Assembly (NCBI GenBank): GCA_035499915.1
Contig: DATJXU010000004.1
Span: 1,398 to 65,397 of the forward strand
DNA length: 64,000 nt
Direction of reading: 5' to 3'
Source: Acidocella sp.
Lineage (GTDB): Bacteria; Pseudomonadota; Alphaproteobacteria; Acetobacterales; Acetobacteraceae
Below are positions 9,120 to 18,377 of the stretch, in pieces; the stretch's first letter is position 1; every line of letters starts with the position of its first letter. The position numbers and the translations under genes were made by a program. The notes beneath the pieces are model-generated. The model did not search any database, was not told the DNA's origin, and was given only the letters and a program-made list of their open reading frames with translations.

Positions 9120-9209
9120 TCGCACGCCGCCCGGCTTGGTTGGTAGCACCGGCGGGGAAGCGGTCAGGCTGAGCGCCGGGAAAGCCGTGCAGCTTTGCCG
9201 ACGTGTCAT

Positions 9210-9238
9210 TTGCCATTGGCGGACTTGCTCTTTAAAGC
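9210..9238 (+). promoter_or_regulatory. Putative promoter of queEDC
   Basis: TTGCCA-N17-TAAAGC ends 16 nt before the queE ATG. Confidence 0.45.
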
Positions 9239-9254
9239 CCCGGCAGAGACAGCC

Positions 9255-9890
9255 ATGGCCTATAGCGTAAAAGAGATTTTCTACACCTTGCAGGGCGAGG
9301 GCCGGAATGCCGGCCGCGCGGCGGTATTTTGCCGTTTTGCGGGGTGCAATCTGTGGTCCGGGCGCGACGCCGACCGCGAGGCCGCCATTTGCCGCTTCTG
9401 CGACACCGATTTTGTGGGCACGGACGGCACCGGCGGCGGGCGCTTTGCAACGGCGCAGGATTTGGCCACCGCCATCGCCGCCGCATGGCCCAGGGCGGAG
9501 CAGGCGGCGCGGCTGGTTGTGCTGACGGGCGGCGAGCCGCTGTTGCAGGTGGATTCCGCACTGATCGGCGCGCTGCATGAGGCTGGCTTCGAGATCGCCG
9601 TGGAAACCAACGGCACCATCGCCCCGCCGGAGGGGATCGACTGGCTCTGCGTCAGCCCCAAGGCCGGAGCGCCGCTCGCGGTGGCGCAAGGCGATGAGTT
9701 GAAGCTCGTCTTTCCGCAGCCCGGCGCGGCGCCGGAACAGTTCGATGCCCTTGGGTTCACCCATTTTCTCCTGCAACCGATGGATGGGCCGGACCAGGCC
9801 GCCAATACCGTAGCGGCCGTGGCCTATTGCATGGCGCATCCGCGCTGGCGGCTGTCTCTGCAGACGCATAAATTCCTGGGAATCCGCTAA
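9255..9890 (+). CDS. queE: 7-carboxy-7-deazaguanine synthase (radical SAM, CX14CX2C type)
   Basis: KEIFYTLQGEG, FCRFAGCNLWSG-x-CRFCDTDF, TGGEPLLQ, ETNGT and LSLQTHK. Confidence 0.95.
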   Translation: MAYSVKEIFYTLQGEGRNAGRAAVFCRFAGCNLWSGRDADREAAICRFCDTDFVGTDGTGGGRFATAQDLATAIAAAWPRAEQAARLVVLTGGEPLLQVDSALIGALHEAGFEIAVETNGTIAPPEGIDWLCVSPKAGAPLAVAQGDELKLVFPQPGAAPEQFDALGFTHFLLQPMDGPDQAANTVAAVAYCMAHPRWRLSLQTHKFLGIR

Positions 9891-10261
9891 TGTTCGAGCT
9901 GAGCAAGCAATTCACCTTCGATGCCGCGCATACGCTGCACCGGCAGATCGAGACCGAATCCAGCCGCCGGATCCATGGCCATACCTATCTTGCCGAGGTG
10001 ACCGTGCGCGGCAAGCCGGACCCGGTGAGCGGCATGGTCATGGATGTCGGCCTGCTTGCGCGCATTCTGGAGTCCGCCCGTGAGGCGCTTGACCATCAAT
10101 TTCTCGACGAGATCCCCGATCTCGGCCCGGCGACGATGGAGAATCTCTGCACCTGGATCTGGCGCCGCCTGGCCCCGGCCTGCCCGGCACTCTGCCGCGT
10201 GACCGTCTCAAGGGCTTCCAACGGCGATCGCTGCACTTATTTTGGACCGCAGGAGGGCTGA
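9890..10261 (+). CDS. queD: 6-carboxy-5,6,7,8-tetrahydropterin synthase (PTPS family)
   Basis: FDAAH, IHGHTY, LDHQFL and TMENL. Lies between queE and queC. Confidence 0.9.
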   Translation: MFELSKQFTFDAAHTLHRQIETESSRRIHGHTYLAEVTVRGKPDPVSGMVMDVGLLARILESAREALDHQFLDEIPDLGPATMENLCTWIWRRLAPACPALCRVTVSRASNGDRCTYFGPQEG

Positions 10262-10263
10262 GC

Positions 10264-10962
10264 ATGGACGGGGATTCCGCGCTGGTGCTGTTTTCCGGCG
10301 GGCAGGATTCCGCCACCTGCCTGGCCTGGGCGCTGGCGCGCTTTGCCCGTGTCGAGACGATCGGTTTTGATTACGGCCAGCGCCACCGGGTTGAGATGGA
10401 TGTGCGCGCCCCGCTGCGCGCCGCGCTGGCGGGGGCCTTTCCGGAGTGGGGGGCGAAGCTGGGCGAGGATCATGTCATTGACCTCTCGGTGCTGGGCCAG
10501 ATCAGCGACACCGCGCTGACCAAGGATGCCGCCATCGCCATGCAGGAAAACGGCCTGCCCAATACCTTCGTGCCCGGGCGTAATCTGCTCTTCTTCACCT
10601 TCGCCGCCGCCATCGCTTACCGGCGCGGGATCAAGCATATCGTCACCGGCGTGTGCGAGACCGATTATTCCGGCTATCCGGACTGCCGTGACGATACGGT
10701 GAAGGCGATGCAACTGGCCCTCAATCTCGGCATGGACACGCGCTTCGTGCTGCATGCGCCGCTGATGTGGATCGACAAGGCGCAGACCTGGGCGCTGGCG
10801 GCGGAGCTGGGCGGTGAGGCGCTGGTCGAGATTATCCGTACCGGCTCGCATAGTTGCTATAATGGTGCCCGCGCCGTGCTGCATGAGTGGGGCTATGGGT
10901 GCGGCACCTGCCCGGCTTGCGCGTTGCGCGCGCAGGGCTGGGACAGGTTTGTGGCGCAATAG
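10264..10962 (+). CDS. queC: 7-cyano-7-deazaguanine synthase
   Basis: [31 protein letters not shown] and GCGTCPAC. Confidence 0.97.
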   Translation: MDGDSALVLFSGGQDSATCLAWALARFARVETIGFDYGQRHRVEMDVRAPLRAALAGAFPEWGAKLGEDHVIDLSVLGQISDTALTKDAAIAMQENGLPNTFVPGRNLLFFTFAAAIAYRRGIKHIVTGVCETDYSGYPDCRDDTVKAMQLALNLGMDTRFVLHAPLMWIDKAQTWALAAELGGEALVEIIRTGSHSCYNGARAVLHEWGYGCGTCPACALRAQGWDRFVAQ

Positions 10963-11109
10963 CCGTGATCTGACGAGACAAGCCGGGGCGCTGGCCGCCC
11001 CGCTTTGCGGTTATATTCGATATTGTTCGAAACAACCCGCCGATCTGGCGGGAAGATTTGCTGTCTGAATATTTAATGAATTTAAACAGACGGATCTCAA
11101 AGAAGACCC

Positions 11110-11185
<76 letters not shown>

Positions 11186-11310
11186 GGTCCCGGCGATGGC
11201 ACGGTAACCATGTGGGGGCGCCATGTCGCGCATTCGGGGGAGGAAGTCAACATTGCTTCCGCACATTCCTGCGGCTAGGTCTTTGGAAGAAGATATTTTT
11301 GAGGAAATTC

Positions 11311-11619
11311 ATGGTTGGCGCGATTTTCTGGCTGGCTGGCGAACTGATCCACCTGATGATTCTCGCCATCATCGCGGCGGCGGTGCTGAGCATGCTGGTG
11401 GCATTCGGGATCGCGAATCCGCGTAACCAGCTCGTCTATGTGGTGGGAGACTTCCTGAACCGCATCACCGAGCCGGTGCTGCGGCCGATCCGGCGGTTTT
11501 TGCCATATTTTGGGAATATCGACATTTCGCCGGTCATTGCCATCCTGCTGCTGGAGGCCTTGCAGATGGTGCTGGCGGATCTTTACGGCAGGCTGGCCAT
11601 GTCCGGGCTGGCCTTCTAA
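11311..11619 (+). CDS. yggT: YggT family membrane protein
   Basis: ITEPVLRPIRRFLP..GNIDISP motif. GAGG RBS. Confidence 0.9.
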   Translation: MVGAIFWLAGELIHLMILAIIAAAVLSMLVAFGIANPRNQLVYVVGDFLNRITEPVLRPIRRFLPYFGNIDISPVIAILLLEALQMVLADLYGRLAMSGLAF

Positions 11620-11663
11620 GCCCTGGGCTCCTATTTCAGCTCCAAGGCAAGCAGGGGATCAGA

Positions 11664-14246
11664 GTGCCATTTATCATCGCTACCGTTACCGCGGCGCGCC
11701 GTTATGCCGGGGTTTGCATCCTGCTGTTTCTGGCGGTGGGTGCGCTCGGCCTGACCTACACGATTCGCAACCTTGCCATCGATACCGATACCGACCATCT
11801 CTTTTCCAGCACGCTGCCCTGGCGGCAGGCGCAGATTGCTGAAAACAAGAATTTCCCGCAATTCAATGATCTGATCGTGGCGGTGGTGCGCGCCGCCACG
11901 CCGGAGGAGGCCAGCGAAACCGCCGCCGCCCTGAACCAGGCGCTGAACGCGGACACGGATAATTTCCTGGATTCCCACTACCCAGCCGGGAGCAGCTTCT
12001 ACCAGAACGAGGGGCTGCTGCTGCTGCCCCCGGATGATCTCGCCAAGCTGCTGAGCCAGATTGTCGCAGCACAGCCTTTCCTGGGCCAATTGGCGGCGGA
12101 CCCTTCCGCGCGCGGGCTGCTGACCGGGCTGGGGCTGATCGCCCAGGGCGTTGAGGCCGGGAGCGATATTTCCCCCTATAATGATGCTTTGGCCGGGGTG
12201 CGGAAGAATCTGGAGGCGGCGGCGGATGGCCACCCCGTGCCGCTCTCCTGGCAGAGCCTGATCCTGAGCGGCGCGCCGGGGCAGGGCGGTGCCGCCTTCG
12301 TGCTGGCGCATCCGCGCCTCAACCAGGGCACGTTGCAGCCTGGCGGCCTGGCCACGGCGGCCCTGGTGCGAATCGCCGCCAGCCTGCCGGATGTGCAGGC
12401 CGGGCGCGCCACGGTGCATTATACCGGGCAGATCCCGCTTTCCGACGAGCAATTCGCCTCGCTGACCCACGGGCTGGTGCTGGGCGGGGTGATCAGCATC
12501 ATCCTCATCGCGCTCTGGCTTTATCTCGCCTTGCGCTCCTGGCGGCTGATCGTGCCCATCCTGCTGACGCTGATCATGGGGCTGCTGCTGACCATGACCT
12601 ATGCGGCCGTGGCGGTGCGGGTGATCAACCTGATCTCTGTCGCGTTCGCCATTTTGTTCATCGGACTCGCGGTGGATTTCGCGATCCAGTATTGCGTGCG
12701 GCTGCGTGCCGTGCGCCATGCCGTGCCCGCGCTGGGCTCCGCCCTGACAGAAACCGCGCGCCAGGCGGGGGTGCAGATCGCGCTCGCCGCCACCGCCACG
12801 GCCTGTGGCTTCTTCGCCTTCTCGCCCACACCGTTCACGGGGGTGGCGGAGCTGGGGGAGATCGCGGGGGCGGGCATGTTCATCGCCTTTTTCTGCACCA
12901 TCACCTTCCTGCCGGCGCTGCTGCGCTTCTTCAACCCGCACCAGGAGACAACGCCCATCGGCCTGCCGGGCGGCGCCGTGGCGGATGATTTCCTGCACCG
13001 CCGCCGGCGCTTTGTGCTGGCGCTGTTCGGCGTGCTGGCGCTGGCGGGGGCTGTTTCCGCCGTGACGCTGAAGTTCGACGCCAACCCTCTGGACACCAAA
13101 GACCCAGACACTGAGAGCATGCGCACGATCCATTCGCTGCTCGCCGACCCGCAGACCAACCCGTTCTATGCCGATGCGCTGACGCCCAATATCGAGGCGG
13201 CGCGGGCGCTGGCCGACCAGTTGGGCAAGCTGCCGGAAGTGTCGCAGGCGATTTCGGGCGCCACCTTCGTGCCGCAGAACCAGGACCAGAAGCTGGCAAT
13301 GCTGGCGCAGGCGCAGACCATTCTGGCGCCCACGCTGCTGGCCGCCGCCAATCCGCCGCAAACGCCGGTGACGGCGGGTGACATACGCGCCGCCATGGCC
13401 AAGACCATTGCCGCCATTGACGGCGTCTCCGCCAAGCTGCCGAAGGATAGCGAGCTTTTGCGCATCGGGGCGGTGCTCGAGCGCCTGCAAGGCGAGGATG
13501 ATGCACAGATCATGGCCATGAATGCGGGTATTACCCGCTTCCTGCCGCTGCAGCTTCAACGCCTGGCGCTCAGCCTGAACGCCAAGCCGATCACCGAGGC
13601 GAATCTGCCCCCCGAGATCAGGAATGATTGGTTCCTGCCGGACGGCCAGGTGCGGGTGGAAGCCTTCCCCACGGCGGCGGGGCAGAGCACCAGGGGGCTG
13701 CGCCAATTCTCCGAGGCGGTGCTGGCGGTGGCGCCGAAGGCGGGCGGCCCGGCGATCTCCACCATCGCCACGGCGGGCACCATTCTCAGCTCCTTCCGCG
13801 AGGCGGCGATTCTTGCCTTTATCGCGATTTCGGTGATCCTGCTGCTGGTGTTCCGCAATCTGCGCGACAGCCTGCTGGTGCTGGCCACGCTCGCACTCTC
13901 CGCGCTGCTCACCGCCTTGTTCGCCAAGCTGGCTGGCATGTCCATCAACTATGCCAACATCATCGCGCTGCCGCTGCTGCTGGGGGTGGGGGTTTCGTTC
14001 AACGTCTATTTCGTGATGAATTTCCGCGCGGGCATGCGCAGCTTCCTGTCCTCCGCCACGGCGCGGGCGGTGCTGTTTTCAGCGCTTACCACCGGCACGG
14101 CATTCGGCTCTCTGGCCTTCTCGGCTGACCGGGGGACGGCCAGCATGGGCGATCTGCTGTTCCTGAGCTTGGGGGCGGTGCTGATTTCCACCTTCGCCTT
14201 CCTGCCGGCTTTGCTGCACACGCTGGGCGATGCTCGAAAAGCATAG
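11664..14246 (+). CDS. hpnN: MMPL/RND transporter, hopanoid-associated HpnN-like
   Basis: Two TM clusters with GLAVDFAIQY and ANIIALPLLLGVGVSFNVY, plus ALTTGTAFGSL. 860 aa. Confidence 0.8.
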   Translation: MPFIIATVTAARRYAGVCILLFLAVGALGLTYTIRNLAIDTDTDHLFSSTLPWRQAQIAENKNFPQFNDLIVAVVRAATPEEASETAAALNQALNADTDNFLDSHYPAGSSFYQNEGLLLLPPDDLAKLLSQIVAAQPFLGQLAADPSARGLLTGLGLIAQGVEAGSDISPYNDALAGVRKNLEAAADGHPVPLSWQSLILSGAPGQGGAAFVLAHPRLNQGTLQPGGLATAALVRIAASLPDVQAGRATVHYTGQIPLSDEQFASLTHGLVLGGVISIILIALWLYLALRSWRLIVPILLTLIMGLLLTMTYAAVAVRVINLISVAFAILFIGLAVDFAIQYCVRLRAVRHAVPALGSALTETARQAGVQIALAATATACGFFAFSPTPFTGVAELGEIAGAGMFIAFFCTITFLPALLRFFNPHQETTPIGLPGGAVADDFLHRRRRFVLALFGVLALAGAVSAVTLKFDANPLDTKDPDTESMRTIHSLLADPQTNPFYADALTPNIEAARALADQLGKLPEVSQAISGATFVPQNQDQKLAMLAQAQTILAPTLLAAANPPQTPVTAGDIRAAMAKTIAAIDGVSAKLPKDSELLRIGAVLERLQGEDDAQIMAMNAGITRFLPLQLQRLALSLNAKPITEANLPPEIRNDWFLPDGQVRVEAFPTAAGQSTRGLRQFSEAVLAVAPKAGGPAISTIATAGTILSSFREAAILAFIAISVILLLVFRNLRDSLLVLATLALSALLTALFAKLAGMSINYANIIALPLLLGVGVSFNVYFVMNFRAGMRSFLSSATARAVLFSALTTGTAFGSLAFSADRGTASMGDLLFLSLGAVLISTFAFLPALLHTLGDARKA

Positions 14247-14430
14247 CTTTTCGCTGTCCGGCCATCGCACCAGCGTGGCGCTGGAGCCGGAATTCTGGGC
14301 GGTCCTCACGGAGATCGCGAAGCGGGACGGGCTCGCATTGTCGGCGCTGGTCACGCGCATCGATTCCGGGCGCGGCGGCGGACAGCCTCTGGCCTCGGCG
14401 CTGCGGGTTTTTGCGCTCTTGAACAGATAA
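14230..14430 (+). CDS. Ribbon-helix-helix domain protein (RHH_4 type)
   Basis: KHSFSLSGHRTSVALEPEFW...LASALRVF. Confidence 0.85.
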   Translation: MLEKHSFSLSGHRTSVALEPEFWAVLTEIAKRDGLALSALVTRIDSGRGGGQPLASALRVFALLNR

Positions 14431-14463
14431 CGGCGTCAGCGCAGGGGCGCCGACGCCGTCATC

Positions 14464-14512
14464 TTGGATCGCGACAACAGGTTGAGCCGGGCGGCTCAAC
14501 CTGTTGATCTAA
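14464..14512. repeat. Palindromic element with CAGGTTG/CAACCTG core, possible bidirectional terminator
   Basis: Perfect 15-bp inverted repeat CAACAGGTTGAGCCG/CGGCTCAACCTGTTG (14475-14506) flanked by TTGGATC...GATCTAA, between convergent genes. Confidence 0.7.
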
Positions 14513-16969
14513 TCAGCCGCGCAATGTGGCGCCGGTTTTCTTGGCCACCTCGGCGATGATCCTGGCGCAGGCGGCCTCGATCTCGGCATCCGTCAGGCTC
14601 TTTTCCGTGGGCTGCAATGTTACCGCAATGGCAAGCGAGGCTTTGCCTTCCGGCACGCCCTTGCCCTGATACCGGTCGAACAATGTCACGCCGGTGATCA
14701 GGTTGCGCTCGGCCCCCTTGGCGGCGCGCAGCACGGCCTCGGCGGGCACGCTCTCATCCACCAGGAAGGCGAAATCCCGGCGCAGCGGCTGGAAGGGCGC
14801 CAGCACGGGGGCGGTTTTCTTGCGGCGCTTGGGCTCAGGCACGGCGTCCAGGAAGATCTCGAACGCCACCGTGCCGGCGGGCAGGTCAAGCGCCTGGGCC
14901 ACGGCGGGATGCAGCGTGCCAAAGCGCGCCAGCATCGTCTTTGGCCCCTGCATCAGCGCGCCGCTCTGGCCGGGATGGTAGTAGGACGGTCCGCCCGGCG
15001 TGGTGGTGATGGCCTCCATCGGCACGCCAAGGGCCGAGAGCACGGCGAGGGCATCGGCCTTGGCGTCCAGCGCGTCATAGGGCCGGGCAGGCGCCAGGGC
15101 CGAGAGCGCGGTGCCGCCGACGCGCAGGCCCGCCGCCACCAGCGCCTGGGAGAGATCCGCCGCGTAGGCCGGGCCGGTTTCGAACAGCCCGAAATCGGCG
15201 ATGCCGCGGGCCATGTTGCGCGCGGCGGCCTGGGTTAGCGTCACCAGCGGGGTGGGGCGCATCTGGTTGAGGTCGGAGGCGATGGGGTTGGCGAGGCGCA
15301 GGCTCTCCGCCGCGTCGCCGAACAGGGCGCAGCTTGCCTCGTCTGCGAAGCTGAAGGTCACGCATTCCAGCATCCCGCGCGCCGCCAGCACGCGCCGCGC
15401 CAGGGCGGTGCGGGCCTGCTTGGGCGAGAGGATCGGGGCGGGCACCAGGGAGGAGGCGGGCAGGGAGACGGGCGGGATGGCATCCAGCCCTTGCAGCCGC
15501 AACACCTCCTCGATCAGATCCGCCTCGGGCTCGATCTCGGCGGCCCCTTCGGCGGCGGCGCGCGCGCCCGGCAGATCCGGCGCCTGGTCCAGCGATTGCG
15601 GCTGGGCAACATCGTTGCGCCAGCTTGGCACCGCGACGGTGACGCTGTCGGCATCTTCATCCACCACGGTGAACCCAAGCCGCTCCAGCGCGGTGACGGC
15701 TTGCGGCGCGCTGGCATCCGAGCCGCCGAAGCTGGCCAGCCGCGCGAAGCGCAGCTTTGCCTGGCGGTCCCATGCGGGGCGGGTGCCGGCTTGCGAAACC
15801 TCGCTGGCCTCGCCACCGCAAATTGCCAGCACCATCGCGGTGGCGGCATCCAGCGCCTCGGGGAGAAGCTGGCTGTCGATCCCGCGCTCGAACCTGGCGC
15901 GGGCATCGGAGAAGATGCCGGTGCGCTGGCCGGTCTGGGCGATTTTCACGCGGTCGAACAAGGCGCATTCGATGAAGACGTCGGTGGTGCCCTCATCGCA
16001 GCCCGTGGCCTCGCCGCCGGTGATGCCGGCGAGCGATTGCGCGCCCGCGCCGTCGGCGATCACGCAATCCTCAGGCCCAGCCTTCACCTCCTTGCCATGC
16101 AGGCCGGGGAAGACATCCCCCTCCTGGCCGCGGCGGATGGTGAGTGTCGTGCCGTTAATTTTCTTCACGTCGAAGACGTGCAGCGGGCGGCCGAGGTCAT
16201 AGGTGAAGAAATTGGTGATATCGACGAGCGCGTTGATCGGGCGCAGGCCGATGCTCTCCAGGCGTTGTTGCAGCCAGTCCGGGCTCGGCCCGTTCTTCAC
16301 GCCGCGCACAATGCGGCCCAGCACCCAGGGGCAGGCTTCGGGGAATTCATTCGCCCACTGAATGGCGGAGGCGAAGCTGCCCGCGATGGGAGCAGGCGCG
16401 AAGGGCTTGAGCGTGCCCAGCCCGGCGGCGGCGAGGTCGCGCGCCACGCCGCGCACGGCCATCGCATCGCCCCGGTTGGGGGTGATGGCGATTTCGATCA
16501 CCGGCTCATCCAGCCCGGCCCATGCGGCGTAATTGGCGCCGATGGGCGCGTCCTCGGGCAGTTCGATGATGCCCTCATGATCCTCGCCCAGCCCCAGCTC
16601 GCGGAAGCTGGTGAGCATGCCTTCGGATTTCACGCCGCGGATCTCGCCCACCTTCAGCACCATGCCGTTGGCGGGAATCGTCGCCCCCGCCGGCGCGAAC
16701 ACCACGCGCAGGCCGGTGCGCGCATTCGGCGCGCCGCACACCACGGAGAGTTCCGCACCGCCCGCATTCACCCGGCAGGCGCGCAGGCGGTCGGCATTGG
16801 GGTGGGGCGTCGCCTCGATGATCTCGGCGATGGTGAAGGGCTTCAGCGCCTCGGCCTTGTTCTCAACGCCTTCCACCTCCAGCCCGATCTTGGAGAGGGT
16901 GGTGACGATCTCATCGAGGGAGGCCTCGGTATCCAGCCAGCTCTTGAGCCAGGAGAGAGAGAATTTCAT
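14513..16969 (-). CDS. pheT: Phenylalanine--tRNA ligase beta subunit
   Basis: MKFSLSWLK, HPNADRL, VVCGAPNA, ITPNRGD, ARFERG and RRDFAF. Confidence 0.98.
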   Translation of the reverse strand: MKFSLSWLKSWLDTEASLDEIVTTLSKIGLEVEGVENKAEALKPFTIAEIIEATPHPNADRLRACRVNAGGAELSVVCGAPNARTGLRVVFAPAGATIPANGMVLKVGEIRGVKSEGMLTSFRELGLGEDHEGIIELPEDAPIGANYAAWAGLDEPVIEIAITPNRGDAMAVRGVARDLAAAGLGTLKPFAPAPIAGSFASAIQWANEFPEACPWVLGRIVRGVKNGPSPDWLQQRLESIGLRPINALVDITNFFTYDLGRPLHVFDVKKINGTTLTIRRGQEGDVFPGLHGKEVKAGPEDCVIADGAGAQSLAGITGGEATGCDEGTTDVFIECALFDRVKIAQTGQRTGIFSDARARFERGIDSQLLPEALDAATAMVLAICGGEASEVSQAGTRPAWDRQAKLRFARLASFGGSDASAPQAVTALERLGFTVVDEDADSVTVAVPSWRNDVAQPQSLDQAPDLPGARAAAEGAAEIEPEADLIEEVLRLQGLDAIPPVSLPASSLVPAPILSPKQARTALARRVLAARGMLECVTFSFADEASCALFGDAAESLRLANPIASDLNQMRPTPLVTLTQAAARNMARGIADFGLFETGPAYAADLSQALVAAGLRVGGTALSALAPARPYDALDAKADALAVLSALGVPMEAITTTPGGPSYYHPGQSGALMQGPKTMLARFGTLHPAVAQALDLPAGTVAFEIFLDAVPEPKRRKKTAPVLAPFQPLRRDFAFLVDESVPAEAVLRAAKGAERNLITGVTLFDRYQGKGVPEGKASLAIAVTLQPTEKSLTDAEIEAACARIIAEVAKKTGATLRG

Positions 16970-16972
16970 GAA

Positions 16973-18067
16973 TCAGATTCCTTCGTGCAGGCTGGCGGGA
17001 GTCAGGGCTGAGAAGCCGTAATGGCGCAGCCAGCGCACGTCGCTTTCATAGAACAGCCGCAGATCGTTGATGCCGTGCTTGAGCATGGTGATGCGCTCCA
17101 GCCCGACGCCGAAGGCAAAGCCCTGGAAGCGGCGCGGGTCGATGCCGCAATTGGCCAGCACGCTGGGATGCACCATGCCCGAGCCCAGGATCTCCAGCCA
17201 ATCCGTGCCGCCGCCGATCTCGCCGGTCTTTTTGCTCCAGCCGATATCCACCTCCATCGAGGGTTCGGTGAAGGGGAAGTAGCTGGCGCGGAAGCGCACC
17301 GGCAGCTCCGGCACACCGAAGAAGGCGCGCAGGAAGTCGATCAGGCAGCCTTTCAGATGGCCGAGCGTGATATCCTGGCCAATCACCAGCCCTTCGCATT
17401 GATGGAACATCGGCGAATGGGTGGCGTCATGGTCGGCGCGGAAGGTGCGGCCGGGGACGACGATGCGGATCGGCGAGGGGGAGGCGCCCAGCCCTTCGGT
17501 CTTCGCCCATTCCAGCATGGTGCGGATTTGCACCGGCGAGGTGTGGGTGCGCAGCACCGGCGGGCGGGCATTTTCGGGCGCCCGCAGATAGAAGGTGTCC
17601 ATCATCGCCCGGGCGGGGTGATGGGAGGGGATGTTGAGGGCAGAGAAGTTATGCCAGTCGCTCTCGATGTCCGGCCCGTCCTTGATGGTGAAGCCCATGG
17701 GGGCGAAGATGGCGGCCAGCTCCTCCTGGGTGCGCGAGAGCGGGTGCAGGGCCCCCTGCGAATCGGGGCGGGGGGGCTGGGTGACGTCGATGCGCTCGGC
17801 GGCCAGCTTTTGCTCCAGCGCCTTTGCATCCAGCACCGCGCGCCGCGCGGAAAGAGCATCGGTGATCTGCGCTTTTATAAGGTTTATCTCGGCGCCGGCG
17901 GCCTTGCGGGCCTCGGGTTCCATGCCGCCAAGCGATTTTAGCAGCATTGTCACATTGCCATTTTTGCCGAGCAGGGAAACCCGTAACTCCTCCAGCGAAG
18001 CCGCATCAGCGGCCGCGATGGCGGGCAGTGCCGCCTCCACCAGACTCTTCAAATCATCGCTCTGCAT
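16973..18067 (-). CDS. pheS: Phenylalanine--tRNA ligase alpha subunit
   Basis: HPAR..DTFY, LRTHTSPVQIR, THSPMFHQ, YFPFTEPS and GFAFGVGLER. Confidence 0.98.
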   Translation of the reverse strand: MQSDDLKSLVEAALPAIAAADAASLEELRVSLLGKNGNVTMLLKSLGGMEPEARKAAGAEINLIKAQITDALSARRAVLDAKALEQKLAAERIDVTQPPRPDSQGALHPLSRTQEELAAIFAPMGFTIKDGPDIESDWHNFSALNIPSHHPARAMMDTFYLRAPENARPPVLRTHTSPVQIRTMLEWAKTEGLGASPSPIRIVVPGRTFRADHDATHSPMFHQCEGLVIGQDITLGHLKGCLIDFLRAFFGVPELPVRFRASYFPFTEPSMEVDIGWSKKTGEIGGGTDWLEILGSGMVHPSVLANCGIDPRRFQGFAFGVGLERITMLKHGINDLRLFYESDVRWLRHYGFSALTPASLHEGI

Positions 18068-18377
18068 CTTGACTCTGCCTCTATCTGACGGGGCAGGGCA
18101 GACCGCTTGCGCGACAAAAAGTCAAGCCGCGTGCAGGACGCCAAAACCGCTCCGCCCTGCAAGGACGGCTGTCAAGGGTGTTACAAATAATCAACATGTG
18201 TGAAGAAAATCATCGGGGAGGTGGAAACCTCAGTTAGATGAACAATTTAGCCTAGCGTGGTGCTTGACCCCTCCCCGGCGGGAAGAGTACAGCCCGCGAG
18301 GTGGACGTAATCATCGTGGTTACGCAACCAATGGCTAAATTTCGCTCACCTAACTCGGACAGGGATCGGTTCCTACC

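Noticed and set aside
9082-9254. preQ1 riboswitch upstream of queE
   Set aside because: No preQ1-I-like stem-loop with an A-rich tail. The likely promoter lies about 16 nt from the start, leaving no room for an aptamer. The short GC stems at 9105-9187 are expected by chance.
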